DNA of 63,398 nucleotides, counting the filler, from Octopus bimaculoides (lineage: Eukaryota): assembly GCF_001194135.2 (NCBI RefSeq). It is 9 parts of 8 records of this genome, joined end to end, with 100 filler letters (N's around TTAATTAATTAA, not from the genome) between each part and the next. Parts side by side here need not be neighbours in the genome. Positions count along the whole stretch, not along the records: positions 1 to 7,217 come from NC_068999.1; positions 7,318 to 27,975 come from NC_068981.1; 7 more parts are not named here. The stretch is one strand, 5' to 3'. The notes under the pieces are model-generated. The model saw nothing but the letters and a program-made list of their open reading frames with translations, was not told where the DNA came from and did not search any database. Both the position numbers and the translations under genes were made by a program. Shown one piece after another: positions 1-11,339 of the stretch. How positions within the stretch are numbered: the stretch's first letter is position 1; each line of letters begins with the position of its first letter.

Positions 1-46
1 TATATATATATATATATATGCATATATAACTTATAACTTTGATAGG

Positions 47-131
47 TTTCGGCCAAAAGTACCACGCTTAGGGACTGAACCCGGAACCATGTGGGTGGTA
101 ACGAAGCTACTTACCACGTAGCCACTCCTAT
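47..131 (-). mobile_element. tRNA-derived SINE head, partial
   Basis: Reverse complement reads GGAGTGGC..TGGTAAGTAGC..ATGGTTCCGGGTTCAGTCCC, with A-box and B-box-like motifs. Nearly the same as the longer copy at 60097-60263. Confidence 0.75.
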
Positions 132-1632
132 ATCTATCTGTATGCGTTTGCGCTTTTATCGCTTGTAAACGGGTGTTTATTTGTAGCGGTTCGTAAATCA
201 GAAAACGATAGAATAAGTACCGGGTAAAAAGTAATAGTGAGGTCGATTTGGTCGATTTGCAAATTCACGGTCCTTCTTCATTAGAGACCCTATAAAATTC
301 TGGTGTTGAGTTTGTATTTCAAATATTTCCGAAACCCGAATGTGGATGGGTCAGTTTTTCTAATGAAGTGTTTCCCAGGTTGTATTGCTGGTAACTAAAA
401 GCGCGATTCATTAGGAAACTTACGCGTCAAAATGAATATTTTACAATAGTGAGAAGCCTAAATTAAATACTAAATAGCAGCGCACAGCCTTGAAAAGTGA
501 CATAATCAGTTACAAACGGCCTCATCAAGTAAACCATGGCAATGCCACATTTTACAATGACGTGTTAAAAGTGTAACACATATCGCACTGTAGAGAACCA
601 GTAGTGTGCTGACAAGTAAAACTAGGTATTTCCCCAACCTCAAAGCTGTCTCTCATCTCCCTCACTCACTGGCTTTATTTCTTTTAATATATATATGTTT
701 GTGTATAATACACGCACGCTCACACACACACAGTACAATATAGAAGCACACACATACACAGTCATAAGCACACAAAGTTACATAGATGTGGAGCAAGAAA
801 GAAAGAGCGATAAAGAGAGAGATAAGTATATCAGAGCCAGTCAGTTTGGCTGCGTTGATGCTTCTTTTCGCTATTGACATACAGTAGATATACTGTTGAA
901 GAAACAGTTGGACATTTTGTGAGAAATGAAGATAATAATCGGTGCTTGTGTATGCGTGGCAGTGTGTCTGTCTGTGGGAATGTTCGTGTGTATGGGAGTG
1001 TGCGTGCGCGTGGCTTTATAACTTCTGTTCCTGTGAAACACGTGTCTACACAGAGAGTCTTTTCATTTCACTCATCCTTATAGAAAAGTAAAGTATTTCA
1101 ACGTTCTACTCCACAGAATTATATACATACATAAAAAACATATACACAAACATACAAGCATTCATATGTACATTTATCTATGTATGTGAGTGTGCGTATG
1201 TGTATGTTTATATATATATATATATATATATATGAGTGTGTGTGTGAGTGTGTAAACATACACCAAACACACACTCGAACATGCATACTTGCACAAACAA
1301 ACATAGATTTAGTGTTATGAGAATTCTAAAATATATTAAATATATATTGAATGTAACGCAATGGATTATCTGATATAGATCTCAATACGCTGGTTTGAGT
1401 GGATAGATACGATTATTCTTTGAAAAACCCTCAATCTACTTAAGAGTCAGGTAAAGGCCAACCCGGAGCGAAACTCTGAGTAGACGTTCAATAGACAGAC
1501 CGACCCACATACATGAACATATGTTTATATATGAAAATATATATATACATACCTACATATGCGTATATACGAAAGAGAGACACGGAGAGAAAGATAAAAG
1601 GAGTGAGATAAAGAGAGAGAGAGAGAGAGAGA

Positions 1633-1664
<32 letters not shown>

Positions 1665-2089
1665 TAAAGACAGAGAGAAAGAGATAAAGACAGAGAGAGA
1701 GAGAGAGAGATAAAGACAGAGAGAGAGATAAAGACATAACTAGTACTTAGTACCTATTTTAGAGTTTTATAGCATTTGTCGTACAGCAAAACCTTCCTTA
1801 TACGTTATTTAAAATACCCCATTGCCGACTTTCGAACAGCAGTCGCAAGATTACCAACTGTGTGAAAATGTTCGAGCATCGTTTCTGTATCAAATTCAAT
1901 ATTCTCTTGGTACGTTTCAGATCTTGCATACTTCACGAATAACTCAATTTCTTTGACTGTATGATGTACAAAATCCAACTGGATCTTGGATGCACCCATG
2001 GAATCATCAGAAACCTCCTTACGGATCAGGTACATAGGAACGTCTTGATGAGATCCGATTAGACAATCTAGATATCTATATCGTTTGAT

Positions 2090-2260
2090 CCCTCCAACGC
2101 TTGACAGCCGATGTTGTTGTGTTTGTATCCCCTTAAAGAAACTGATTGAATAAATACGCGCGTTAGAAAAATATTCTGGGGTCATTTGGTCCGACTCAAT
2201 TTCTTAAAGGCGGTGCTCCAGCATGACCATAGTTTAATGACTGAAACAAGTAAAAGCTAA
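2090..2260 (+). mobile_element. Diverged SINE body and 3' end
   Basis: CGCTTGACA.CCG.TG.TG.TGTGTTT ... GGGGTC ... AAAGGCGGTGCTCCAGCATG ... ACTGAAACAAGTAAAAG. Same family as 28141-28340, 35695-35915 and 51500-51700. Confidence 0.75.
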
Positions 2261-2443
2261 AAGACACTTCTCTGGTTATTTGGATATATTTAGAATGTCT
2301 GAGTTATTTGTCTGAACAAATGGTTTTCACGAACCTAAGGCCGTAGAAAACATGTTCACAAAAATTCCGTTCTGTAGCTCTTCTCTTACGGACATCCTAA
2401 ACGCTTGACTAAAGGAGAACTTCTGGTTTTTAAAACACGCACG

Positions 2444-2527
<84 letters not shown>

Positions 2528-2534
2528 TGTGTAA

Positions 2535-2695
2535 AGGCGCACGGCTCAGTGAATAGAGGTCGAGCTTACGATCGTGTGGTTGTGAGTCCTATTCCTGGAC
2601 TGGGCTGTGTGTTGCGTTCTTGAGCAAGACACTTTATTTCATGTTGCTCCAGTTCACTCAGCTGTAGAAATGAGTTGCGACGTCACTGGTGCCAA
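2535..2695 (+). mobile_element. tRNA-derived SINE head with CORE-like segment
   Basis: GGCGCACGGCTCAGTG (A-box-like), GTGAGTCCTATTCC (B-box-like), then TTGAGCAAGACACTTTATTTCA..TTGCTCCAGT.CACTCAGCTG, shared with 14876-15235. Confidence 0.7.
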
Positions 2696-2699
2696 ACTC

Positions 2700-3043
2700 A
2701 TATGAAAGGTTTAATGTTTTATTACTAGTCAAGATAATTACTAACATACTGTTTATGAATGGGTCTTCTAAAAACAGACTTTTCTGACATTTCTATTTTA
2801 TCTGAGAAGCCTTTCGAGGTTTTTGTTAATGCCATTTTCTATAAATACCATTTTAAAGTCAAGGCGTAAATCCGCTTATCACACGAAACGATGGAAACAA
2901 TCATGTTGATAATTTTTGTTTGACGCAGTCAAAGGACTTAATTCCACCTAGCGTCCACCGCTCGAGCATGTGCGTTAGGCCCAATTTTAGCGCGGGGACC
3001 AACTTCAACAAATTTGTCTAATTGGCTTTTAAGAACCCCTGTA
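2700..3043 (-). mobile_element. Probable Tc1/mariner 5' terminal fragment
   Basis: On - it begins TACAGGGGTTC, resembling the TA+CAGGG TIR start seen at 12747-12876 and 38831-38843. No intact transposase follows. Confidence 0.4.
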
Positions 3044-3422
3044 GACATACATACATACATACATACATACATACAAACAAATATATACATACACACATAT
3101 ATGTATGTATATATNNNNNNNNNNNNNNNNNNNNNNNNNNNNNNNNNNNNNNNNNNNNNNNNNNNNNNNNNNNNNNNNNNNNNNNNNNNNNNNNNNNNNN
3201 NNNNNNNNNNNNNNNNNNNNNNNNNNNNNNNNNNNNNNNNNNNNNNNNNNNNNNNNNNNNNNNNNNNNNNNNNNNNNNNNNNNNNNNNNNNNNNNNNNNN
3301 NNNNNNNNNNNNNNNNNNNNNNNNNNNNNNNNNNNNNNNNNNNNNNNNNNNNNNNNNNNNNNNNNNNNNNNNNNNNNNNNNNNNNNNNNNNNNNNNNNNN
3401 NNNNNNNNNNNNNNNNNNNNNN

Positions 3423-3705
3423 ATGGGAGAATATACAAATAATAACAACAGACGAGGACAGGTGGTGTAAATAACAAAAGTATATATTAGTATGACGCTA
3501 TATATATAGTCGCCATGATAGATCGCTGACCACAACATTCAAATTTTTTTCTCCATGTTTTTCTCCTTATTCTTTCTGTTGAAGAGCGTAGCTTGAAACG
3601 TTAAAGACTTTCTCTATTCCCGAGCGTTAAACTAATACATCCTTCTGTTGTTTGCACCACCTGTCCTCGTCTGTTGTTGTTTTTTTCGTAAATTCTCCCA
3701 TATAT
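3423..3705. mobile_element. Penelope-like repeat, two copies in inverted orientation
   Basis: 3423-3499 (+) and 3623-3700 (-) share GGGAGAAT.TAC..AA..AACAACAGACGAGGACAGGTGGTG. Further copies at 5137-5280 and 48150-48290. Carries a CTG..GAAGAGCGTAG.CT.GAAAC end motif typical of Penelope-like elements. Confidence 0.6.
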
Positions 3706-5136
3706 ATATATATAAATATGAGGAAGTCTGTATGATGTGTATATATGTATGTTCGTGTGGGTTTCTGCAAATGTACGCATATGTGTGTGTACGCGTTTTT
3801 GTGCTCGCCTGTGTCGGTGGTTACTGACAAAGTAATATGTAAACCCCAGCGTATATAAGAAGCACTTTCAACTGCCCATATTATATAACACTGAGTCAAA
3901 CCTGTCTGACCAGATTTATGATCAAATATATTCAATCTATAAATATTTACACTTTTGTATATGCACCTATGACCAATGAGTTCGTTTAAAAAAAAAAAAA
4001 TACAGCAAGATGCAATATGAAGAAATTCAACTATAATTTCTATTATGCCACAGACATATTGTTGTATGGAGACTATTTCTTTAGGTTCCCATTGTATAAA
4101 TATTTCTAATGAATATATGTATATGTATATCTGTGTGCGGACACACAAAAGAGGCGGTAAATAAATATATATCCCATTGTGTAAATCTAGTTCATATATC
4201 AAAGAGCGTCTCTTAATAGCTCTCTACGTAATAACGAGGGTATTTACTGGTTATAAAGCGTTGAATACATCCGCTTTGTACGCTGACACTGATATACATA
4301 CAACAGTGCACATGTATCCAGAGTGTTCTTTTTATTGGGTGTGTGAATGTCTCTCTACTTCGGTGTACACAGACACACACACGCAAACTTACCTTCATAT
4401 ATATATAAATATAAATATATATGCATGTATGTATATATATGTTACGTGTTTCCGTTGAGGCATGGTGACATTAATAACCAGTTCTTAGAACTAAATTTAT
4501 AATAAGTCATATATAGACACACAGATATAAGTGCGTAGATATACGTAGGTGGCGATACGTGGCTTAGTTGTTACACTCGAGATCGAAAGATTGTGTTTTC
4601 CATTTCTGGACCGGGCGATGCAGTGTGTTCTTAAGCAAATTATTTTATTTCACGTTGATCAACTTCACTCAGATCCCCCCCCCCACCACCACCACCACCA
4701 AAAATAATAAAAAAAAAAGAACAATCTTGCGATAAACCGACGTTTCGTCCAGGGATATATATATGGAGAGAGAATCAACTATTGAAAAGGTTGCAGGAAG
4801 CAACGAAAATTTTGGAAAATAAATAAGTAAATGAGTGGAAGTTTTACTGGTGTGTTAAATTATAAGACACTAAAAGAGAATGACTCTCCCCAGACACAAC
4901 AGTATATATATAAGTATANNNNNNNNNNNNNNNNNNNNNNNNNNNNNNNNNNNNNNNNNNNNNNNNNNNNNNNNNNNNNNNNNNNNNNNNNNNNNNNNNN
5001 NNNNNNNNNNNNNNNNNNNNNNNNNNNNNNNNNNNNNNNNNNNNNNNNNNNNNNNNNNNNNNNNNNNNNNNNNNNNNNNNNNNNNNNNNNNNNNNNNNNN
5101 NNNNNNNNNNNNNNNNNNNNNNATATATATATATAT

Positions 5137-5280
5137 AGGGAGAATTTACAAAAAACAACAGACGAAGACAGGTCGTGTAGAAAACAAATAGATATATTAG
5201 TATAATGTTCGGGAATTGAAAAAGTCTTCAACCTTTCGAGCCTACGCTCTTCCACAGAAAGGAACACAGGAGAAATTTGC
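5137..5280 (+). mobile_element. Penelope-like repeat copy
   Basis: Directly similar to the reverse complement of 3545-3705. Confidence 0.65.
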
Positions 5281-6715
5281 TTTGAAGTGATAGAAGGAAG
5301 TGAAAGTGAGGAGAAAGTGAAAGATGTATGTACGTGTATATAAAATGGACGTGTGTGTATGTGTGTATATGAGTGTGTGTGTGTATGTGTATATGAGTGT
5401 ATGTGTGTGTGTGTGTGTGTGTGCGTGTGTGCGGGTGCGTAAGAGACTGAGAGACAGAGAAAGGGAGAGTGAAGGTGTGTGTTGTCATGTATGTATTTTT
5501 TGCATTTAGATAGATAGATGGATAGATAGATAGATGGAGGAAATGGAGCAAGATCACACACTAAAACGAATATTAACACTGAAGAGCGATAATTCTAAAT
5601 ATTCATGTGTTTGCATGTCCGTTTTTGTGTGTTTTTATGTATGTGCGTTTTTGTGTGTGTGTTTGTATATGTGTGTGTATACCTCTGTCTCCTTGTGTGT
5701 GCATATCTGAGTGTGTGTGTGTGTTTTGCAACTATGTACCGTGTTTGTATGTTTGGATGTGCATCTCTATATGTGTGGACGTGTTTCTCCATATTTGTCC
5801 TTGTGTGAAGTAAAGTGTGTGTGAATATATGGTCATGTGTTTCAGTCTCCATTTGCGTTTTTGTGGGCTTGTTTGTTCATATAACCTATGTAACTATCTG
5901 TCTGTATGTTGATCTGTTTACTTTCATATCCATATGCTTACATACACGTACATATTCATTTATATATATATTCATANNNNNNNNNNNNNNNNNNNNNNNN
6001 NNNNNNNNNNNNNNNNNNNNNNNNNNNNNNNNNNNNNNNNNNNNNNNNNNNNNNNNNNNNNNNNNNNNNNNNNNNNNNNNNNNNNNNNNNNNNNNNNNNN
6101 NNNNNNNNNNNNNNNNNNNNNNNNNNNNNNNNNNNNNNNNNNNNNNNNNNNNNNNNNNNNNNNNNNNNNNNNNNNNNNNNNNNNNNNNNNNNNNNNNNNN
6201 NNNNNNNNNNNNNNNNNNNNNNNNNNNNNNNNNNNNNNNNNNNNNNNNNNNNNNNNNNNNNNNNNNNNNNNNNNNNNNNNNNNNNNNNNNNNNNNNNNNN
6301 NNNNNNNNNNNNNNNNNNNNNNNNNNNATATATATATATATATATACAGGCACATGTAAATCTCTACGTGCGTGCGTGATTGTGTGTATGTGAGTGTGTA
6401 TGTGCGTGTGTCACATCTGTAAAACGCATTCGCATATACAGGGCCCTTCTAAAGATCAATACTATTGGCAACATTTTGCTATATCTATATATACGAACCA
6501 ATTAACTTCACTCTCTATGTACCTATGTATAACACACACAACCTCTGTCTCTTTCCTTCTCCTTTTCTCTCTTCTTTTCTGTCTGTCTGTCTTTCTGTCC
6601 GTCTGCTTCACGTTCCTGCTCTCCGCACTTGTCTCTCCCTCTCCCTCTCTCTCTCTACTGTCTACCGACCCCAATCTGTGTTGGTAGCGCACTCTATGTC
6701 AACATTTTAACAATG

Positions 6716-6786
<71 letters not shown>
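6716..6786. repeat. (ATCT)n microsatellite
   Basis: Perfect tetranucleotide run. (TA)n, (CA)n, (GA)n and (TACA)n runs are also ubiquitous, e.g. 1610-1735, 2455-2525, 13120-13160, 48025-48095. Confidence 0.95.
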
Positions 6787-7217
6787 GTTAGCAAGCAGGC
6801 TAGCTAGTTTTATAGCTCCTTGCCATCCCCCATTTCTCTCTCTCTCTCCTCTATATACATACCGACCTAGTTTATGTAAGTGTTATGAATTGCGACCCTA
6901 AAACTCATACGTCTTTGTGTAATTCTGTGCGTGCGTGAGTCTGTGTAGGTGTACAGTGTCAAAGTAGAAGGTATGCATATCAAATTATGGCTTTCTTTTC
7001 ACCTGTGTATGCTAGCTGACTAGCTTATGAATATATGTTTGCTGGTACATACATACATACACACACACACATGTAAACACACGCACACATGCACAAACAC
7101 ACACTCACATATACATGTATGTGTGTGTGTATGTATTTATGTATGTATGTACATATGTGTGTCTGTGCGTATATCTATAAATGTGTGTATATATATATAT
7201 TATATATATATATATAT

Positions 7218-7317
7218 NNNNNNNNNNNNNNNNNNNNNNNNNNNNNNNNNNNNNNNNNNNNTTAATTAATTAANNNNNNNNNNNNNNNNNNNNNNNNNNN
7301 NNNNNNNNNNNNNNNNN
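7218..7317. other. Artificial scaffold linker (44 N + TTAATTAATTAA + 44 N)
   Basis: The same 12-mer sits centred in 100-nt N blocks at 7262, 28020, 32023, 35554, 47896, 54024, 59970 and 62279. It has stop codons in all six frames. Confidence 0.95.
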
Positions 7318-8099
7318 ATTATAGATATAAGATTTAGTTTCTGTGTGTTTCTTATATAAACACGCGCACGCATTGCTATTTTATAACTGTCTTCCGTTCT
7401 CCCTTCCTCTCTTTCTCTCTCTTCATTGCTCCCGTTCTCTATTCCTTTCTCCCCTCTCTCTTTTTTCCTCTCTCCCTATTTTCTCTCGCTCTCTCAAACG
7501 CATACACGCGCACGTACACACAAGCATTCACTACAATATAACTCATGTTCTTCAATGTTTTGTAAATATACAAACTACGGAGCTTATGGACAACACATTG
7601 CAAATCAGTGAACTTCATTACAAAGAAAAGAGCTTGCTGGAGAAAGAAAGCAACCGGTTTCAAAAGACAGCAACAGGCTGCAGCAATTCACCACATTCCA
7701 GAAGCTACTTTGAACATAATGCAAAACGGTGCATCAGCATCTACTGCCCAATCTGAGAGAATTCTGGCAGAACTCTGTAGCAACAGATCGCCAGCAATTA
7801 CTTCATCAGAAATTGCCGTCCTACCTCCTGCGAAAAGGGATTACCCTGCTATGTATAATCAAGGCAGCGCAAAAATTTGTTTTGCACAAGCATTTGTATA
7901 GCCAATTAGACAGATGAAATTTACGTACACTTAATAATGTTATGCAAAACAGCCTTCAGACTTTCCCTATTAATTTCATCGTCTTTTGAATTATGAACAT
8001 ATTTACATCATAAGTGTTTTTTCGTTGTAAGGCTTTCTTTTTTAGTTGATTTTCACCTAGCAAGACTTATCGTAGATGGCGTAATAAGTCACACCCGGA

Positions 8100-8620
8100 C
8101 AACGTCGAATTATACTGCTAGTTATTATATAAAAATTCAGAGCTTATTTTGTTGGGTATGATGGAAAGTGTCAGCTGTCCACAGCCAACAGGCTAAGGTG
8201 ACACTTGTTTACTGGTCATGCTTCAAGAACGCTGCGAAGAATTCTTGCAGTTCCAAGCAATGCTGATTTTCGTAGGTGTTCTACCTTCACACTTGCACCA
8301 ATCTTTTTCAGCCATGCTGGTAGTTGAGTGCTGATACTTCCAAGTGCACCAATTACTATTGGTATCACGTCTACACTCTTCATTGACCACAACCTTTGTA
8401 TTTCCCACTTTAAATCGTCATAGTTTATTTCTTCTTCTTCTTTCACATTGACCCTGTTGTCACCGGGGCATGCTATGTCGATTATCATACATGTTCTTTC
8501 TTTTTTATTCACCACGACAGTGTCCGGTTTCCGATATCTGGTCAGGTGATCGTACTGGATAATTACATCTCACAAGATTTTGGAATTCTCATTTTCGGTG
8601 ACTCCTTCTGAGTTGTTGGT
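8100..8620 (-). mobile_element. R4/Dong-type non-LTR retrotransposon 3' fragment (restriction-like endonuclease, RLE)
   Basis: PEGVTENENSKIL*DVIIQYDHLTRYRKPDTVVVNKKERTCMIIDIACPGD...VIPIVIGALG...KSALLGTARILRSVL*, a PD..D/K RLE C-terminus, followed by a short 3' UTR. Confidence 0.85.
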
Positions 8621-9186
8621 GATGTATGGAGCCCACCATCCGAAAGCTGATATCAACCAGCTGTGCTTGAGGAGAGATCAAGGTGGAAGAGGCTTTATAG
8701 CAGCAAAGAAAGTGTGCAGATGGAAAGAGGAAGTCTAGTAGAGTATTTACAGAGCAGCACAGAAAAACTACTAAAGACAGTTAATAAAGAACAAGCCATG
8801 AAGCGTGTAATAAGGGAAAAAGACAGGAATGAGATTACAAGGAAAGCACTCCAGACAGACCGAAGAGAAACCTCTGCATGACCAATATTGGAGAGCCACT
8901 GAATACGTATGTGGAACAAAATAACAGTAAAGGTCTTGTCTATAATAATTGGTACGTTGGGAACAGTAAGCCAAAATAAAGACAAATGGCTGAAAGAGAC
9001 TGAAATAACCCTGTAGAGCTCCTACAGAAAGTTTGTTTCTTAGGGACAGCAAGGATTATTAGAAGGCTTCTAAGCACTTGAAAGACTGTTGAAAACCTGT
9101 GGATACCTAAGGTTACCGGTAGTGTCCCGCTAACCATAGAAACCCTACTAGGAATAAGACCGAACCTGAGCCAAACCGAAATTATA

Positions 9187-9248
<62 letters not shown>

Positions 9249-9250
9249 AA
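8620..9250 (+). mobile_element. Second R4/Dong-type fragment, internally deleted, with (GAT)n tail
   Basis: YGAHHPKADINQLCLRRDQGGRG (post-RT region), then IIIGTLGTVSQ..WLKET..KVCFLGTARIIRRLL, then 3' UTR and (TGA)n at 9186-9250. Confidence 0.8.
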
Positions 9251-9335
9251 GGACAACAAGAAGAGATTATTGTTGTGAAACATACAAGTTTCTGCAAGCT
9301 GAATGATTATTTCTATGATTTCTGTTTCTTTTCAG

Positions 9336-9574
9336 GTACATTGCGAAATGAATGGTTCCATTTTGGATTATGTAAAGACGATAGTAAGAACGCATTTGTA
9401 TGGCAGAATGGAGAAGCTCTTACATTTTCTTCCTGGTCGCCAGGTTGCCCTGACAACTATCGTAACTCACAGAAGTGTGCAGATTTGGATCCAATGGAAG
9501 ATTATGGATGGAATGATATTTTTTGCGATCAACTGAAGTCTGGGATACAAATTTGTGAAATAGTTGTTCAATAA
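9336..9574 (+). CDS. C-type lectin domain, terminal exon (C-terminal half of CTL)
   Basis: Acceptor tttcttttcag|GT (phase 1). (G)TLRNEWFHFGLCKDDSKNAFVWQNGEALTFSSWSPGCPDNYRNSQKCADLDPMEDYGWNDIFCDQLKSGIQICEIVVQ*. Contains a WIGL-like FHFGL, FVW..G, W.PG.P.N, WND..C and ICE motifs. No lesions. Confidence 0.92.
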
Positions 9575-9575
9575 A
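9570..9575 (+). promoter_or_regulatory. AATAAA overlapping the lectin stop codon (candidate polyA signal)
   Basis: CAATAAAAGG. Position only; the region is AT-rich. Confidence 0.3.
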
Positions 9576-10184
9576 AGGCACGGTTAAAAGCACAGTAATC
9601 ACACACACAAACGAGCTGGGACACAGACATATAATATTATTTGCACTGATCTAACAACACTTCTAATGATTTACATTTTTTAAAACTTAATTAAAGCAAG
9701 TAAACAAGTCATAAAGAATACAAAACGAAAATCTCATTTACACCAACAAGACCTTTCTCCCCTAAAACTATCTTTCATAAATTTTTCAGATATGTATACA
9801 CTCACGCACGCATACATACACACTCACGCACGCACGCATACATACACACACACACATTTATATAAGCTTTACTTGGGAGTAGTATGTCTTGGACGCGTCA
9901 ATGTAAATTTTCCTTATCTTTTTGGAAAGTTCCTTTCAGCGTTCAATCAGATGAGTTCAAATATATGAAATGTATATTCTGCATGGAGCAAAAGTCTAAG
10001 GTCAGGCAAGATGTAAAGTAAGGGTATTTCCAGAAAAGTACTCGACCCAATGTCTAAAACTGCAAACATTAAGTAAATTTTTGCGTAAACTGGCGTTGCA
10101 AATACAGTTGGTACAGAAACAATCGTAATGAATCATTAAAGATGTGATAAAAGAATTTTTCATATCTTCTTATCATCTGGTACA

Positions 10185-10232
<48 letters not shown>

Positions 10233-10464
10233 NNNNNNNNNNNNNNNNNNNNNNNNNNNNNNNNNNNNNNNNNNNNNNNNNNNNNNNNNNNNNNNNNNNN
10301 NNNNNNNNNNNNNNNNNNNNNNNNNNNNNNNNNNNNNNNNNNNNNNNNNNNNNNNNNNNNNNNNNNNNNNNNNNNNNNNNNNNNNNNNNNNNNNNNNNNN
10401 NNNNNNNNNNNNNNNNNNNNNNNNNNNNNNNNNNNNNNNNNNNNNNNNNNNNNNNNNNNNNNAT

Positions 10465-10898
10465 AAGTGATGAGCAAGAAGAATGATTCCACCTAGATAT
10501 ACATGGAGACACAACTTGGTCCTGAAGGTTATCTTCAATGCTATGAAGAACCAAATTCATCTCAACAACACTGAGAAAAAACCATTGAAAGAACCATCTA
10601 AAGATTTTATTACCTTCGTGCGCTCAGGTCAGCGGATCCGTTTCACGAAAAAGACCAAGAAACTTCCTGTGAGAAATGAAAAGTGGAATGACTATTGGGA
10701 AGTGACTGCAGATTTGCCTGGGTGCCAGGCATTCTTTCCCATCCCAGTTATGGAAAAACCTGACATTTTAATGTAGTGTGAAAGAAGAAAAGTTGTAAAT
10801 CTAGTTGAGTTAACGGTTCTTCATGAAGATAATATGAACGCCGCGCGGGCTCGAAAGATGGACCGTTATGAAAACCTCCTCGAGAAATGTGAAGACGC
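10465..10898 (+). mobile_element. Hero-type RLE non-LTR retrotransposon, C-terminal fragment
   Basis: RYTWRHNLVLKVI ... W..TADLP..FFP..KPDILM*CE.RKVVNLVELTVLHEDNMNAARARKMDRYENLLEKC. One in-frame stop. Flanked by gaps. Confidence 0.75.
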
Positions 10899-11339
10899 NN
10901 NNNNNNNNNNNNNNNNNNNNNNNNNNNNNNNNNNNNNNNNNNNNNNNNNNNNNNNNNNNNNNNNNNNNNNNNNNNNNNNNNNNNNNNNNNNNNNNNNNNN
11001 NNNNNNNNNNNNNNNNNNNNNNNNNNNNNNNNNNNNNNNNNNNNNNNNNNNNNNNNNNNNNNNNNNNNNNNNNNNNNNNNNNNNNNNNNNNNNNNNNNNN
11101 NNNNNNNNNNNNNNNNNNNNNNNNNNNNNNNNNNNNNNNNNNNNNNNNNNNNNNNNNNNNNNNNNNNNNNNNNNNNNNNNNNNNNNNNNNNNNNNNNNNN
11201 NNNNNNNNNNNNNNNNNNNNNNNNNNNNNNNNNNNNNNNNNNNNNNNNNNNNNNNNNNNNNNNNNNNNNNNNNNNNNNNNNNNNNNNNNNNNNNNACACA
11301 CACACACATATATATATATATATAATATAATATAAATAA

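Noticed and set aside
8100-9250. Twin-priming 5' inversion of a single LINE
   Set aside because: Both orientations contain their own RLE C-terminus and 3' UTR, so they are two elements.
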